Shown here in pieces: positions 62,101 through 64,000 of a stretch of 64,000 bases of DNA (position 1 is its first letter; every line of letters begins with the position of its first letter). Made by a program: the position numbers and the translations under genes. The DNA lies in the NCBI GenBank assembly GCA_040954595.2, contig CM082586.2:4097025-4161024 (forward strand), written 5' to 3'. Below the pieces are notes generated by a model that had not been told where the DNA came from, did not search any database, and saw nothing but the letters and a program-made list of their open reading frames with translations. Origin of the DNA: Balanoglossus misakiensis. Taxonomy: Eukaryota; Animalia; Hemichordata.

Positions 62101-63440
62101 AATTGTCATTTCTGGATGATTTTCATGAGCTATAACCCATGCTTTTCATCGAAAAATCACCAGATTTCGAAAATTCGCAAAGTCGAAAAATTGTCATTTC
62201 TGGATGATTTTCATGAGCTATAACCCATGCTTTTCATCGAAAAATCACCAGATTTCGAAAATTCGCAAAGTCGAAAAATTGTCATTTCTGGATGATTTTC
62301 ATGAGCTATAACCCATGGTTTTCATCGAAAATCACCAGATTTCGAAAATTCGCAAAGTCGAAAAATTGTCATTTCTGGATGATTTTCATGAGCTATAACC
62401 CATGCTTTTCATCGAAAAATCACCAGATTTCGAAAATTCGCAAAGTCGAAAAATTGTCATTTCTGGATGATTTTCATGAGCTATAACCCATGCTTTTCAT
62501 CGAAAAATCACCAGATTTCGAAAATTCGCAAAGTCGAAAAATTGTCATTTCTGGATGATTTCTCATGAGCTATAACCCATGGTTTTCATCGAAAAATCAC
62601 CAGATTTCGAAAATTCGTAAAGTCGAAAAATTGTCATTTCTGGATGATTTTCATGAGCTATAACCCATGTTTTCATCAAAAATCACCAGATTTCGAAAAT
62701 TCGCAAAGTCGAAAAATTGTCATTTCTTAATGATTTTCATGAGCTATAACCATGGTTTTCATCGAAAAATCACCAGATTTCGAAAATTCGCAAAGTCGAA
62801 AAATTGTCATTTCTGGATGATTTTCATGAGCTATAACCCATGGTTTTCATCGAAAAATCACCAGATTTCGAAAATTCGCAAAGTCGAAAAATTGTCATTT
62901 CTGGATGATTTTCATGAGCTATAACCCATGCTTTTCATCGAAAAATCACCAGATTTTCGAAAATTCGCAAAGTCGAAAAATTGTCATTTCTGGATGATTT
63001 TCATGAGCTATAAGCCCATGGTTTTCATCGAAAAATCACCAGATTTCGAAAATTCGCAAAGTCGAAAAATTGTCATTTCTGGATGATTTTCATGAGCTAT
63101 AACCCATGGTTTTCATCGAAAAATCACCAGATTTCGAAAATTCGCAAAGTCGAAAAATTGTCATTTCTGGATGATTTTCATGAGCTATAACCCTGCTTTT
63201 CATCGAAAATCATCCAGATTTCGAAAATTCGCAAGTCGAAAATTGTCATTTCTGGATGATTTTCATGAGCTATAACCCATGGTTTTTCATGAAAATCACC
63301 AGATTTCGAAAATTCGCAAAGTCGAAAAATTGTCATTTCTGGATGATTTTCATGAGCTATAACCCATGGTTTTCATCGAAAAATCACCAGATTTCGAAAA
63401 TTCGCAAAGTCGAAAAATTGTCATTTCTGGATGATTTTCA
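44108..63440 (+). repeat. 88-bp satellite DNA array, ~220 monomers, forward orientation
   Basis: Monomer ATGATTTTCATGAGCTATAACCCATG[C/G]TTTTCATCGAAAAATCACCAGATTTCGAAAATTCGCAAAGTCGAAAAATTGTCATTTCTGG (88 nt). The line pattern recurs every 1320 nt = 15 x 88. Confidence 0.98.
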
Positions 63441-64000
63441 CGATGAAAAGCATGGGTTATAGCTCATGAAAATCATCCAGAAATGACAATTTTTCGACTT
63501 TGCGAATTTTCGAAATCTGGTGATTTTTCGATGAAAAGCATGGGTTATAGCTCATGAAAATCATCCAGAAATGACAATTTTTCGACTTTGCGAATTTTCG
63601 AAATCTGGTGATTTTTCGATGAAAAGCATGGGTTATAGCTCATGAAAATCATCCAGAAATGACAATTTTTCGACTTTGCGAATTTTCGAAATCTGGTTGA
63701 TTTTTTCGATGAAAAGCATGGGTTATAGCTCATGAAAATCATCCAGAAATGACAATTTTCGACTTTGCGAATTTCCACATCCGAATGACAATTTTTTTTC
63801 GACCTTTGCGAATTTTCGAAATCTGGTGATTTTTCGATGAAAAGCATGGGTTATAGCTCATGAAAAATTCATCCAGAAATGACAATTTTTCGACTTGGAA
63901 TTTTCGAATCTGGTGATTTTCGATGAAAAGCATTGGGTTATAGCTCATGAAAATCATCCAGAAATGACAATTTTTCGACTTTGCGAATTTTCGAAATCTG
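63441..64000 (-). repeat. Same 88-bp satellite in inverted orientation (~6 monomers, runs off window)
   Basis: cgatgaaaagcatgggttatagctcatgaaaatcatccagaaatgac is the reverse complement of the monomer. Confidence 0.95.

Noticed and set aside
44108-64000. CRISPR-like array or coding repeats (ORFs MIFMSYNP...)
   Set aside because: Monomers are contiguous with no unique spacers and the context is eukaryotic. The ORFs appear only where single-base indels shift the satellite frame.

Overview
Eukaryotic (animal, probably marine invertebrate) genomic DNA with two parts. (1) 65-43123, + strand: the 5'-truncated body of a very large spliced axonemal-type dynein heavy chain gene. I hand-traced 76 exons that join in one open frame (15,021 nt, about 5,006 aa plus stop inside the window): tail, linker, AAA1-AAA4, stalk/MTBD, AAA5-6, C-terminal domain, then a ~610-aa low-complexity C-terminal extension. 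Motifs resemble outer-arm beta-type chains (DNAH9/11/17 family). However, the essential AAA1 ATPase site is destroyed (Walker A, Walker B, sensor I and the AAA2 arginine finger), as is the AAA4 P-loop, while the AAA2/AAA3 P-loops and the stalk/MTBD persist. It looks like an intact but motor-dead 'pseudo-dynein' with many exon-encoded disordered insertions. The long introns hold candidate in-frame microexons or cassette exons and several piggyBac-type (TTAA) MITEs. (2) ~44108-64000: a homogeneous 88-bp satellite array (~226 monomers) starting right after the gene's putative 3' end, with divergent edge monomers, multi-monomer duplications and a strand inversion at 63440/63441. All coordinates were read by eye and no database searches were run.
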